Shown here piece by piece: positions 55,345 to 64,000 of a stretch of 64,000 bases of DNA. Location of the stretch: IMG/VR virus record IMGVR_UViG_3300037483_000453, positions 64,001 through 128,000 of that record. The stretch is one strand, 5' to 3'. The translations under genes were made by a program, and so were the position numbers. The DNA is from a virus. Every line of letters begins with the position of its first letter. The stretch's first letter is position 1. The notes under the pieces were generated by a model. It was not told the DNA's origin, searched no databases, and saw only the letters and a list, made by a program, of their open reading frames with translations.

Positions 55345-55596
55345 ATGGAGAGACTCAGCAAAGTTCAGGTGCTCATCAATGGTAAAGGGACTCTCGAGAA
55401 GGAGGTTGATGAGGACATCGCCGCCTTCGCACAGTATTTCTGTGGAGAACTGAAGAATGCTTCACTCTCGAGGCCAGAGCGGGCGATACTGAAGACATAT
55501 CTGTTTTACAAGACACGGGTGTGTGTCTGTGGAGAAGATGATAACAGGGACCCGAGTAAGTCCCTTCCTCATAAGACCTGGTGCCCGCTGGGCTAG
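55345..55596 (+). CDS. Hypothetical protein with C-terminal CxC...H..C
   Basis: AGGAGGAG RBS, 83 aa. Confidence 0.55.
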   Translation: MERLSKVQVLINGKGTLEKEVDEDIAAFAQYFCGELKNASLSRPERAILKTYLFYKTRVCVCGEDDNRDPSKSLPHKTWCPLG

Positions 55597-56021
55597 GCAT
55601 CAGTGTGTTTAAGCTAACTAGGCCCACCTTTGGTGGAAGGCTCATTAGGAGGATCCCAGTGGCAAAGAAGAACGTAGTTGAGATCACTTGTGACCGTTGT
55701 GACCGAACTGAATACGTGGATCCCAGCACGTACAACGTACATGCGGACCTGGAGCTGTACTTTGGACCTAGAAAGGGGGAGCACGAGGCGGATGACATCG
55801 CCGGTCATTCAACATGCGAGATTCTGGCTCATTTCAATGACCTGTGCTCGAGCTGCCGAAAAACGGTAAAGAACCTGTCCGAGCAGATCGCCAAGAAAAT
55901 CTCCTGGAAGCGCAACAAAGGCGGCGAGGAGGAACTCGATGATAAAAAAGGAGGACCAGCGGTCCCCCCTTCTACCCCTACGCTGCGTCTCGAGACTGAC
56001 GGTCAGGTGCCCTCAGTTTGA
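55581..56021 (+). CDS. Zinc-finger protein (true start probably near 55659)
   Basis: ITCDRCD...DLCSSC pattern. Confidence 0.55.
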   Translation: MPAGLGISVFKLTRPTFGGRLIRRIPVAKKNVVEITCDRCDRTEYVDPSTYNVHADLELYFGPRKGEHEADDIAGHSTCEILAHFNDLCSSCRKTVKNLSEQIAKKISWKRNKGGEEELDDKKGGPAVPPSTPTLRLETDGQVPSV

Positions 56022-56628
56022 TGAGGTTTGGCCTCATCCCCGAGGGTGTCAGCCGGTACATTACAAAGGGTGGCTCGGAGCCCCTGGGTAAAGCCACCCG
56101 GAAGGCGGCCCCTGGGTGCATGATGAACAGAGCACCGCCTGCGACCTCCGCTACCATCTCGATACCCACCACTTCATCTAGTGGGGGGTAGTTGCGGATT
56201 ACCTTGAGACCGTCCGTGCCCCTGGCACTTACGCTCTCCACTTTGTAGCACCCCGTAGCCCGGTAGCCCTGGGGCTGTGGTCGCATCAGGTGCACCAGGG
56301 CACGCCGGTCCAGGTCATTGCCTGGGCGACTGACAAGGCAGCATTTTGCCAAGTCCTTCAAGTGTCCCGTTGGCTGGGTTACCAGCCCTTCTTCAGTGAA
56401 CTCAGTATTCATGAGGGTTGGCAAAGCCAACTGCTTGCCCTTTAGGGCTGGCAGTTCCAATGCTTTTTGGTCCAGATTGATCATCTGGTCAAACCAGTCC
56501 TGGGACACAGCCAGAAACGTCTCAGTGTCACCAACGCTAACCCCTGGACAGCTGGCTGGTACCGAGGAGTTCTTGATGCGGATGCCCCGCTCGACTTCGC
56601 TACCCGCGACTAATGTGAAGCAGTACAT
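55978..56628 (-). CDS. Hypothetical protein
   Basis: 216 aa, downstream of a motif copy. Confidence 0.55.
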   Translation of the reverse strand: MYCFTLVAGSEVERGIRIKNSSVPASCPGVSVGDTETFLAVSQDWFDQMINLDQKALELPALKGKQLALPTLMNTEFTEEGLVTQPTGHLKDLAKCCLVSRPGNDLDRRALVHLMRPQPQGYRATGCYKVESVSARGTDGLKVIRNYPPLDEVVGIEMVAEVAGGALFIMHPGAAFRVALPRGSEPPFVMYRLTPSGMRPNLIKLRAPDRQSRDAA

Positions 56629-56678
56629 ACATCTCCCGTCTGTGCGATGTTGAACCGTAGGATGCTTGTCCTACAGCT

Positions 56679-56690
56679 TTCTTATCACCG
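56679..56690 (-). promoter_or_regulatory. Repeated motif copy 2 (CGGTGATAAGAA)
   Basis: + strand ttcttatcaccg, 51 nt upstream of ATG 56628. Confidence 0.45.
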
Positions 56691-56711
56691 CACAGACGGG
56701 AGGCTTTGCGT

Positions 56712-56984
56712 TCAGCCAGCGCAGGCCAGTGGTGCCTCTAGCGTCAAGGACTCTAGAAGAGCGGTGGTATGTCGAACTGCACTGTCGATGACCTCGGTAC
56801 CCGTAGGCTCTACATGGTGGAGGGTCGTGAGGGCACACAGGGCGTCAGTCACAGAGAAGACTTCCAGCCCGCGGAGCTGGGCAGCCTCATCCTCGAAGCC
56901 GCCCCGTATCATCTCCGTGCAACACATTTCGATCATGACTGTCGCGTCACCAAAGCTTGTAGGTTCTAGGAATGTAGTCCGCAT
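56712..56984 (-). CDS. Hypothetical protein
   Basis: 90 aa, AAGGAG RBS. Confidence 0.55.
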   Translation of the reverse strand: MRTTFLEPTSFGDATVMIEMCCTEMIRGGFEDEAAQLRGLEVFSVTDALCALTTLHHVEPTGTEVIDSAVRHTTALLESLTLEAPLACAG

Positions 56985-57068
56985 GGTATTACTCCTTTTT
57001 GCGGGAGCTATTGACAGAACACTAATGCACTGAGAGTAGAAAGTCCAATGGTCAATAAATGCGGAGGT

Positions 57069-57278
57069 CTAGTCTGGGATGATGGCGTCACAAGTGTACC
57101 CACAGTTAGTACATTTGCAGTTGTACCATTGTCCCACAACTTCTGATGGTCCAGCCTGCCGCGCATCGAGCTTACGCTCGAGCGTTCCTTTGCAGTTAGG
57201 GCATATACCAGATCGAATAAGGGCGTTTTCGGCCTTGATAGCCTTCAGGTGCTGTAGATACCCGAGTTGTTCCTTCAT
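57069..57278 (-). CDS. Zinc-ribbon protein
   Basis: GGAG RBS before ATG 57278; CPNCKG...CTNCGY. Confidence 0.6.
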   Translation of the reverse strand: MKEQLGYLQHLKAIKAENALIRSGICPNCKGTLERKLDARQAGPSEVVGQWYNCKCTNCGYTCDAIIPD

Positions 57279-57361
57279 AGTTTCTCCGTGGGGCTGGGGC
57301 GCACAAGGGCAGTCACCATTGGAAGCTAAAAGAGAGGGCAAAAGCCCTCCCTCTACACTCT

Positions 57362-57754
57362 TCACCCGATCCAGCGCTTCAACCCGATCCAGCTCAGCTG
57401 GCTCGCGATCATGACGACGAGGCCAGTTGTTCCGACCTTCGCGCACTTCATGTTGAAGGTCTCATCCACCTGGTTGTTGGTGCGGCCCACCCCTGGCTTC
57501 GCGCTTGCATGGGTCTGGTTTTGTGTCTGCTCGGTCATCCTGCTCTCCGTTTTGTTTGAGGCGAATCGCCTCGGGACATTTTTCTTATCACTGTGTTTCT
57601 GCGATTTTGCTAGCTCTGGGCGCATCAACCCACTTTTGTAGTAGGCATTCATGAGCGCCTCCGCGCTCATGTGGTGCACCAGGGGCCTTGGTGGTTTTCG
57701 TGACCTCTTGGACCCCTCTTTTACTGCCACTTCCTTTGCTGTGCCATCCTCCAT
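57362..57754 (-). CDS. Hypothetical protein with C-terminal hydrophobic segment (internal start at 57538 also plausible)
   Basis: 130 aa; internal GGAG RBS and ATG at 57538. Confidence 0.4.
   Translation of the reverse strand: MEDGTAKEVAVKEGSKRSRKPPRPLVHHMSAEALMNAYYKSGLMRPELAKSQKHSDKKNVPRRFASNKTESRMTEQTQNQTHASAKPGVGRTNNQVDETFNMKCAKVGTTGLVVMIASQLSWIGLKRWIG
57582..57593 (-). promoter_or_regulatory. Repeated motif copy 3 (CAGTGATAAGAA)
   Basis: + strand ttcttatcactg, 44 nt upstream of ATG 57538. Confidence 0.45.
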
Positions 57755-57764
57755 GGGGTCTCCT

Positions 57765-58004
57765 TCACTCGGCCCTATGTGACTGCTTGCGCTGCAACCC
57801 CCGCCTGAAGGCGGACACTTTGTCTTCGTTGGTCATGGTGTCCCACAACCGAAGGTCATCCTCGGTCACTACGACTTTGATGTCCTTCTCCACAAATGAC
57901 CGCCCAGGTCTTTTGTGGAGTATGTCCTTCAAGTAGCAGTGCTGGACCAGTACTTCATCGATGGCCAGGAGGCACGCTGCAACTCCTATAAGTGCTGTAA
58001 CCAT
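57765..58004 (-). CDS. Small hypothetical protein
   Basis: 79 aa, AAGGAG RBS. Confidence 0.55.
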   Translation of the reverse strand: MVTALIGVAACLLAIDEVLVQHCYLKDILHKRPGRSFVEKDIKVVVTEDDLRLWDTMTNEDKVSAFRRGLQRKQSHRAE

Positions 58005-58023
58005 ATTCGTCTCCTTCCATGTG

Positions 58024-58034
58024 TCTTATCCCTG
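58024..58034 (-). promoter_or_regulatory. Repeated motif copy 4 (CAGGGATAAGA)
   Basis: + strand tcttatccctg, 20 nt upstream of ATG 58004. Confidence 0.55.
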
Positions 58035-58058
58035 GCTGTTACACGTTTTTTCATAGGT

Positions 58059-58229
58059 AAAAAGGCGCCGGGCGGCGCCAAGAACCCGGTGCCTACTAAG
58101 ACACCGGGTCCTCTCGGAGAGAGATGTTGAAGGAGACCCCTCGACAAGGTGCCCCACCCGGCGACTCGAACCCACTGGGGCTCTTAACAACAGCAGCTGC
58201 CACCCAGAGCTTGCTACTCCTGTCCATGG
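58059..58229 (-). ncRNA. Candidate ~170-nt structured small RNA
   Basis: Lies between motif copy 5 and a ggcgcc-gggc-ggcgcc hairpin plus T5. Contains hairpins 58084-58109 and 58111-58123 and a tRNA T-loop-like GGTTCGAGTC. Confidence 0.4.
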
Positions 58230-58241
58230 TTCTTATCCCTG
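58230..58241 (-). promoter_or_regulatory. Repeated motif copy 5 (CAGGGATAAGAA)
   Basis: + strand ttcttatccctg, identical to copy 1. Confidence 0.55.
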
Positions 58242-58313
58242 CAAACACCATAGTTTTGTATGCCCGTGATAAAGTAGAAGGGCACAGCAGGGTAAACAGT
58301 AATAGGTCAAATC

Positions 58314-61300
58314 ATGGTTATGACGAGCGCGCAGATTGCCCAAATGAATGGAGCCTTTCAGGGGCAATCCATGAATCAGATGGCATACTCGGGCATGATC
58401 GCCCAGCAGTCTCCCTACTCGGGAGAACGCATGGCCGGCAGCACTATGAATACACTGGGTGCCCTCGCTTCCCCAGTTGCCATGGGGGGCATGGCACTCG
58501 CTGGCCTTGACCCGATTTCCATGGGTATACGGGGCGGCATGGCCGGAGCGGGCATGGGTACCGCTGGTATGGCTGCTGGAGCGATTGGGGGAGCAGCCAT
58601 GGTTGCAGCCCCGTTGATGGCTGCCCAGTATATGGGTGGGCAGTTTATGCAGGGCGCTCAGCAACACCAACAGCTGGGTGGACAGCTTCGCTCGAGTTTC
58701 GGTTTTCAGAATCAGTTTGGTGGCAATGGCTTTACCGGTGGCCAGGTGGGTCAGATTGGTTCCGCGATGCGCGGGATGGTTGGAGAGCAAGGCCCCGGCG
58801 GTGAGATGGTCAGTTTTGATGAACTCGGACGACTAGCGTCAAACATGGGGCGCATGGGGATGGGCCAAGGCGTCCGCAATGCCAAGGATTTCACTGATAA
58901 GTTCAAGACGATGGTGAAGTCTCTAAAGGAGATTGCCTCTGAGATGGGCACGTCACTTGAGGAAGCTCAGAAGATGATGGCCGGCATGAAGCAATCCGGT
59001 GTCTTCGGTAATGCGAACCAGGTCGCGATGTCTCGTCAAATCCGTATTGGTGCCCAGGCTGGTGGATTAGCCACCTCTGAGCTCACGGGCATGGCTTCTG
59101 TGGGTTCACAGATTTCTCGTATGGTGGGCGGACGTGGTGCCGCCGGCGCCGCTGGTGGCGTAGAGACCATTACCAATATAGGGGTGGCCCAACAGATGGG
59201 CATTCTCAGCGAGGAGGACATCTACAACCAAACCGGAGAGGTTGGGGCCATGGGCCGGCGATCAATGGCCGTGGGCGGTATGGAACGCGCGGCCCGTTTC
59301 TACAAGAGTGGTATGGGCCGTAGGATGCTTGCTGCAATGGCCGGTAAGAACGGGCAGCTTGATGAGTCTGACGCTGAAGAGATCGCTGAGGGTGGTGTGA
59401 GCGTAAACAGAACGCGCCAGATGTGGAAAGAAAACCTAGCGGGAGTAGGGCAGGCTAACTTTATCCGAAACGAGGGCAAGTTACGGGGCGAAGCGCTGAA
59501 GCGCTTTGGGGCCCTGGGGCCAGCTATGTGGATGAAGTCACTGATGGAACAAAAGGGCATCGATGTAAATGAGGACAACGACCGTGCCATGCTGTTCCTG
59601 CAGCGCCGGATGAAGATGGGGGTTGATGAGGCTAGTAATGAACTGAAAATGATCCAGAACCTTCCAGCTATCCTCAAGGAACGTAAGGTCGTTGGCCAAG
59701 AGGAGAGCATGGCTCAGCGTATGAAGGCGCGTCAGCAGACGACAGGTATTGAAGGGTTGAAGCGCAAGCTTGACCGGGCTGTTACCGAAGTGAATGGTGA
59801 TATCCAGCAGGCTGGAGCAGGCTTCATGCAAAACCTTGAGAACGAGTTTGAAGGCATGGTCAACTGGTTGACCGAAACACGTGTGAAAGAGTTTCGACGT
59901 GATGTTGTGCGTGCCCTAGACCGGGGGCGAGGTGGGGGTAGCTCAGGTAATGCGGCCATGGCCCAGACATTCGGTGTTGGAGGGGGTGTTGCATCCAACC
60001 TACGTCAAGTGGCCGGTAAGGTAGGTGGAGGGGATGTTGCATTCAACCTGTCAGAGTTGCAGGAGAACAGTAGGGTCGGCCGTGGCATTGTGAGTAAGGC
60101 CATGGGTATGGGAGGTGGCTTTGTAAATGAGTTCAACCGCGTAGACCGTGAACGACTGTCAAAGTCAGGTTACTCAGTCGGTGAGAACTTGGACAAGGCT
60201 GGCATACAGGCACGTCTGAAGGAAATACAGTCATTCGCTGGTGCAGCCACTGGTCGTGGCATTGACGTCAGTCTCACCAAAGACGCGCGGTCGAGTATGC
60301 GTGAGGCATTTGCCAACCAGGTAACAGGTACCGGTGAGGCCCGGGCGCGGAGTGTGCAAAAGATGCTTTTGTCTTCAGGTGACCCAGAAATGAAGAAGCT
60401 GGGCGAACAGATGGGAAATGCGACACCCAGCGAGAAGGGCAACATTATTGCTGGTGTGAACCGTGCCCTGGGGATCTCTGATGAGAGTAAGCTCTACGCA
60501 ACTGGTGACTCCCTCGGAGTCTACAATACATCCGAATACCTAACTGTTAGAGACCAGTCAGAGGCAATCGGCGGGAGCTTACTAGGGTCCAGGGACGAGG
60601 GTCTGATTACCTCTGCAGCTCGGGCTGGGCTTTCGGGGTTCAAAAAGGGGGGAAGCGTATGGGGCGCCTCGGCTATGGTGGGTGATATTGGCAAGCGCTT
60701 GTTTGGGCTTGATGAGGCCACCAACCTCCGGGCAGATGTCGGAAGATTTGCGAGAACAGAAGAGGCACGGGGACTGGCAGCCAGGGCTATCGGGACTGAT
60801 GCAGGAGCGAGGGAGGCTGCACGTGGCGAAGTCACCAGCAAGATGATCGCTCTCAAGCAGAAGCAAGCAGAAGCTGAACGCTCAGGCGGTGAGTTCAGTA
60901 GTAAGGGGGAGCTCGAGTACCTTCGAAGTGTCCAGGCAGCCCAAAAAATGCAGAGTATTGGTGGTGCCGGCGCTTCTAAGAAGGCAGTGGCAGCAGCCGC
61001 CAAGTCAATGGGCATGACCCCTGACGAGTTTAGTAATCGAGTGGGCGGTGTCGTAGGCGTTGTCATGAACGACCAGCGTGAAGCTGTGATGGCGCTTGAT
61101 GGTGTTCAGTCGAAGGCCCGCATGACAAGCATGACCGATAGTGGGCTGGTTGTAATTGGCAAGGATGGTAAGGCCGAACTTAGGGGTGAGGTGGCTGATG
61201 CCCTAGGCGATATACCAGGCGGTAAGTTTCTAAAAGCGATGATTGAGGAGGAGAGCAAGCTTGCCGGCCTTGAGGAGGGTAACCTAGCTGGTAATCAGGC

Positions 61301-61883
61301 TATTCTTGAAGACGTGGGGGGCAGGGGCGGTGCCATTGAGCGCAGGAACGAGGCTCTTGGGCAAATGTCGGTGTCTGGCATGCGCAGTGCGGCTGATACC
61401 CTGCGTGGGAAGGGTGCGCCTGAGATTCGCCAGATGCTCCTACATAAAGCAGGCCTGCGTGATCGCCTCGCCAAGGGTGGCAAGTCTCACATACTTCGTA
61501 ACCTGTCCGGTGCACTGGGTGCAGGGCTGGATAAGGATGAACTGTTGGCAGCTCTTAAGGGCGGTGGTGAGGCTGGTGTCGTAGAGGCTCTTGTGGGTGG
61601 TACTGGTATTGAGTCAGAAGCCGGTAAGACAGCCATCAAGGAAGCAACCGCAGCGATGCAGAAGGGTGATATTGCCACTGCCGAGGAGAAGATTTCTGGC
61701 CTGGGTGGAGAGCTGCAGGAGGCTAGGAAAAAGAAGACCCTGGCAGCACAGAAGGACTCTAACCCGCTGCAGGTGGAGGCCAATCAGTTCCTGAAGGGCA
61801 TTGAGGAAGTGCTGAAGGAGCAGAAGACCACAATGACGAGGATTGCGTCAAATACGGAGCCAATCTTTGGCTCATCTGAATAG
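58314..61883 (+). CDS. Probable tail tape measure protein
   Basis: 1189-aa Gly/Ala/Met-rich, helical, low-aromatic protein with hydrophobic N-terminal segments, upstream of baseplate-like genes. Confidence 0.75.
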   Translation: MVMTSAQIAQMNGAFQGQSMNQMAYSGMIAQQSPYSGERMAGSTMNTLGALASPVAMGGMALAGLDPISMGIRGGMAGAGMGTAGMAAGAIGGAAMVAAPLMAAQYMGGQFMQGAQQHQQLGGQLRSSFGFQNQFGGNGFTGGQVGQIGSAMRGMVGEQGPGGEMVSFDELGRLASNMGRMGMGQGVRNAKDFTDKFKTMVKSLKEIASEMGTSLEEAQKMMAGMKQSGVFGNANQVAMSRQIRIGAQAGGLATSELTGMASVGSQISRMVGGRGAAGAAGGVETITNIGVAQQMGILSEEDIYNQTGEVGAMGRRSMAVGGMERAARFYKSGMGRRMLAAMAGKNGQLDESDAEEIAEGGVSVNRTRQMWKENLAGVGQANFIRNEGKLRGEALKRFGALGPAMWMKSLMEQKGIDVNEDNDRAMLFLQRRMKMGVDEASNELKMIQNLPAILKERKVVGQEESMAQRMKARQQTTGIEGLKRKLDRAVTEVNGDIQQAGAGFMQNLENEFEGMVNWLTETRVKEFRRDVVRALDRGRGGGSSGNAAMAQTFGVGGGVASNLRQVAGKVGGGDVAFNLSELQENSRVGRGIVSKAMGMGGGFVNEFNRVDRERLSKSGYSVGENLDKAGIQARLKEIQSFAGAATGRGIDVSLTKDARSSMREAFANQVTGTGEARARSVQKMLLSSGDPEMKKLGEQMGNATPSEKGNIIAGVNRALGISDESKLYATGDSLGVYNTSEYLTVRDQSEAIGGSLLGSRDEGLITSAARAGLSGFKKGGSVWGASAMVGDIGKRLFGLDEATNLRADVGRFARTEEARGLAARAIGTDAGAREAARGEVTSKMIALKQKQAEAERSGGEFSSKGELEYLRSVQAAQKMQSIGGAGASKKAVAAAAKSMGMTPDEFSNRVGGVVGVVMNDQREAVMALDGVQSKARMTSMTDSGLVVIGKDGKAELRGEVADALGDIPGGKFLKAMIEEESKLAGLEEGNLAGNQAILEDVGGRGGAIERRNEALGQMSVSGMRSAADTLRGKGAPEIRQMLLHKAGLRDRLAKGGKSHILRNLSGALGAGLDKDELLAALKGGGEAGVVEALVGGTGIESEAGKTAIKEATAAMQKGDIATAEEKISGLGGELQEARKKKTLAAQKDSNPLQVEANQFLKGIEEVLKEQKTTMTRIASNTEPIFGSSE

Positions 61884-61899
61884 CATTGAGGACAAGTCG

Positions 61900-62169
61900 A
61901 TGAAATCTTTGTTGTTCCAGGAAGGTGCGTCTTTTAGTGAGCCGCCGGGATGCTCTGCCCTGCCCTGCAGGCAGGAGGCTACGGTCAATCTGAAGAAGAA
62001 CGGGCGTATCTATCGATTTGTGGTTCGAGATCGGATTGTGCCCGAGGACCCCCTGCTCATGTTAACAAAGGCCATTGCTTTCTCTATCCAGACGGGTGAG
62101 GCGTACAATGGAACTTCTCCTAGCCGTGCGCTAAAGGACTTTCTCATCAAGGACAGCGTGGTTATCTAA
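61900..62169 (+). CDS. Small hypothetical protein
   Basis: GAGG RBS before ATG 61900. Confidence 0.5.
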   Translation: MKSLLFQEGASFSEPPGCSALPCRQEATVNLKKNGRIYRFVVRDRIVPEDPLLMLTKAIAFSIQTGEAYNGTSPSRALKDFLIKDSVVI

Positions 62170-63905
62170 TGGCCGTGTTCATAGAAGTGGTAACCGACCC
62201 ATTTGAGGAGAACCGTAGCCAGGAGGTCAGTATCCAACGTGGTGGTGACGATTCTCGTACTGTGGGTGGTCGTCGTATTGCTCGTCGCCCCCTACGAGGT
62301 CTCGAGATAAAGGAAGACCGGGTAGCTGCCATAAAGGTAGTTCAGTCTGATGGCACAGAGATCCCACTAGTGGATGCGGGCAGCCCTTATGGTGACGGCC
62401 AAACACAGGCAGGTTACACCAACTTCATCATCCAGAGTGTGACAGAGGCACGGATGGAGAAGCACCAGATTGTCGAGACGTTTGGTGAGTCCTACATCTT
62501 CTTTTTCGGCGAGGCTCCACGTTTTTTAGATGTGCAGATGGTCGTCATTAACTCTCACGACTTCAACTGGGAGGCCGAATGGTGGGAGAACTACGAGCGT
62601 CATTTCCGTGGCACGCGCCTGGTGGAGATGGGGGCACGGTTGTACATGTTCTATGACGATAACATCGTCGAGGGTTACATGCTCAACTCGCAAGCGTCAA
62701 AGATGTCTGACCAACCGCTTATGGTTCAGATGAACTTCCGGCTGTTCCTCACTGGATATCGGAACATCACTTTTGTGGGCAACCCTCAGTACCCTATTCG
62801 AGCGAGTGTGGTTTTGCCGGATGGCGTCAACCTTAGAGATCCCAGCGCCACCGACAGTATCGTTTCAAACTTGCGAGACTTGGCACGTAATGACGCCTTG
62901 GCCGTGGGGGCAGCAGATGCAGAAAGTGTACTAGCTTCACAGTCTAGTGGTTTCTCTGACAGAACACGCTTGCGAAACTACCTTCGGTCAGCACCTGCTA
63001 CAGGGGCAGTGTCTCCTAGCACCGTACAGTTGATTGAGCGCTTAGGCGGTGTAGATGAGATTACCATCACAAACCGAGGGGGAGCCCTGAGAGGAAAGAT
63101 CTCTGAGAACTTGGATGAGTACCTGGGTGTGTCCAGTGAGGGCGTAGGTTCTACGAGCTTTGAGCATGGCACTTTGGGCATACCTCCTCTCCAGGCGCAG
63201 ACAGTGCGTTCCCAGCAAGAGGTGGATGACTTGTGGCAAGAATCCATTAGACGCATAGGGCTGCTTGGGGCAGACATCAACAACCCACAGGCCCTGAATG
63301 ACCTTGGGCTTATGCCAATCGTCGCAGGTGGTATTGGGCCAGGTGTGGGAGGAGCCAGTGGGTTTGGTAGGGGTTTCTCCTTCACTCCTAGTGCAGGGGC
63401 ATCTTATGGGGACAGCCTAACCAGTTCATTGGTGCCAGCCAACGCTGCCTATGATCAACAGAGTAGAGATCCTTTGGGCGCGGTGTTTGGTGGTGGTGCA
63501 AGTGCCCAGATTAGCTCGAGGTTCACTATCCAGGGCGGTGGAGACCGGGAATATGGATACGAGAGTTCCTTTGCGTCGGGACCTGGCTATGGCAAACCGG
63601 GTTACGGGGACTACGGAGGTAACGGTTACGGCAGCGGCCAGGGCGCAGGTGGAGACCCGGGCTTTAGAAGCCCAGACCTCTTCAGCTACGAGGGGGTATC
63701 TGACAATGTGGCGGCATTCAACCGATTCAATAAGCCAAAGAGGAACAATACGGTGTTTGGGTCAGCTAGTGCCAGGATAGGTCTAGGAGCGAGCAGTACC
63801 GGCTCTGCTGGTGGTGCCAGCTCGAATATCTCAGGACGTCCATCAGCCTTTGCCATCATCTCCACCGATGGCGAGGCTGTTTGGGCTGAGAGCATCGACT
63901 TCTAG
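62169..63905 (+). CDS. Putative baseplate/tube-initiator protein with Gly/Ser-rich C-terminal half
   Basis: N-terminal EKHQIVETFGESYIFFFGEAPR...VEGYMLN tube-like pattern; located after the TMP. Confidence 0.55.
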   Translation: MAVFIEVVTDPFEENRSQEVSIQRGGDDSRTVGGRRIARRPLRGLEIKEDRVAAIKVVQSDGTEIPLVDAGSPYGDGQTQAGYTNFIIQSVTEARMEKHQIVETFGESYIFFFGEAPRFLDVQMVVINSHDFNWEAEWWENYERHFRGTRLVEMGARLYMFYDDNIVEGYMLNSQASKMSDQPLMVQMNFRLFLTGYRNITFVGNPQYPIRASVVLPDGVNLRDPSATDSIVSNLRDLARNDALAVGAADAESVLASQSSGFSDRTRLRNYLRSAPATGAVSPSTVQLIERLGGVDEITITNRGGALRGKISENLDEYLGVSSEGVGSTSFEHGTLGIPPLQAQTVRSQQEVDDLWQESIRRIGLLGADINNPQALNDLGLMPIVAGGIGPGVGGASGFGRGFSFTPSAGASYGDSLTSSLVPANAAYDQQSRDPLGAVFGGGASAQISSRFTIQGGGDREYGYESSFASGPGYGKPGYGDYGGNGYGSGQGAGGDPGFRSPDLFSYEGVSDNVAAFNRFNKPKRNNTVFGSASARIGLGASSTGSAGGASSNISGRPSAFAIISTDGEAVWAESIDF

Positions 63906-63907
63906 TC

Positions 63908-64000
63908 ATGCCGGGGTTTGGGCAGCGCTTACGCCTTAGGCTTTTCTTGGAGGGCATAGAGATTCCCGTCATCTCGGCGAACGTGCAGGCGGCGCCAAAC
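63908..64000 (+). CDS. Start of the next gene (probable baseplate hub), truncated by the window end
   Basis: MPGFGQRLRLRLFLEGIEIPVISANVQAAPN, open to the end. Confidence 0.45.
   Translation, partial: MPGFGQRLRLRLFLEGIEIPVISANVQAAPN

Noticed and set aside
57011-57040. Sigma70 promoter at TTGACA
   Set aside because: No credible -10 box at 16-18 nt spacing, and no + strand gene downstream.
58147-58225. Functional tRNA-Asn(GTT) on the minus strand
   Set aside because: The loops look tRNA-like, but the anticodon, T and acceptor stems do not pair and there is no CCA. Kept only as part of the ncRNA candidate.
121-63895. Numerous short antisense or alternate-frame ORFs in the track (e.g. 4746..5270, 34073..34549, 58233..58790)
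   Set aside because: They are shadows of long, motif-bearing genes, lacking RBSs and recognisable motifs.
1-64000. CRISPR array, rRNA, integrase/transposase or stop-codon recoding
   Set aside because: No regularly spaced direct repeats, rRNA signatures or recombinase motifs were seen. Genes tile densely in the standard code and TAG, TAA and TGA all end genes.

Overview
This window is a gene-dense segment of a large tailed dsDNA phage genome (Caudoviricetes, contractile-tail/myovirus type, probably jumbo-size), mostly read on the + strand in the standard code. It opens inside a fused beta-beta' multisubunit RNA polymerase gene carrying two inteins. Next come a baseplate spike, an intein-containing terminase large subunit, and a GC-rich minus-strand island with a Dam-like adenine methyltransferase. 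The head module has an intein-containing HK97/assemblin-type prohead protease, several scaffold/core-like proteins, the major capsid protein and a decoration protein. It is followed by neck, sheath and tube genes, dNMP kinase, a tail-assembly chaperone with a -1 frameshift site, many small Zn-ribbon proteins, GroES, a GNAT acetyltransferase, a probable tape measure protein and baseplate genes. The least explained signals are: (1) a K-x-A(S/A/E/G) motif repeated through the head-associated proteins, a candidate protease-cleavage code, with a possible capsid-targeting leader and releasable Gly/Ala-rich amphipathic cassettes; (2) a five-copy minus-strand motif C(A/G)G(G/T)GATAAGA(A) upstream of non-structural genes, a candidate promoter for the phage RNAP; (3) a motif-to-terminator ~170-nt structured candidate ncRNA upstream of the tape measure gene. 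All family assignments come from reading motifs by eye; no searches were run.
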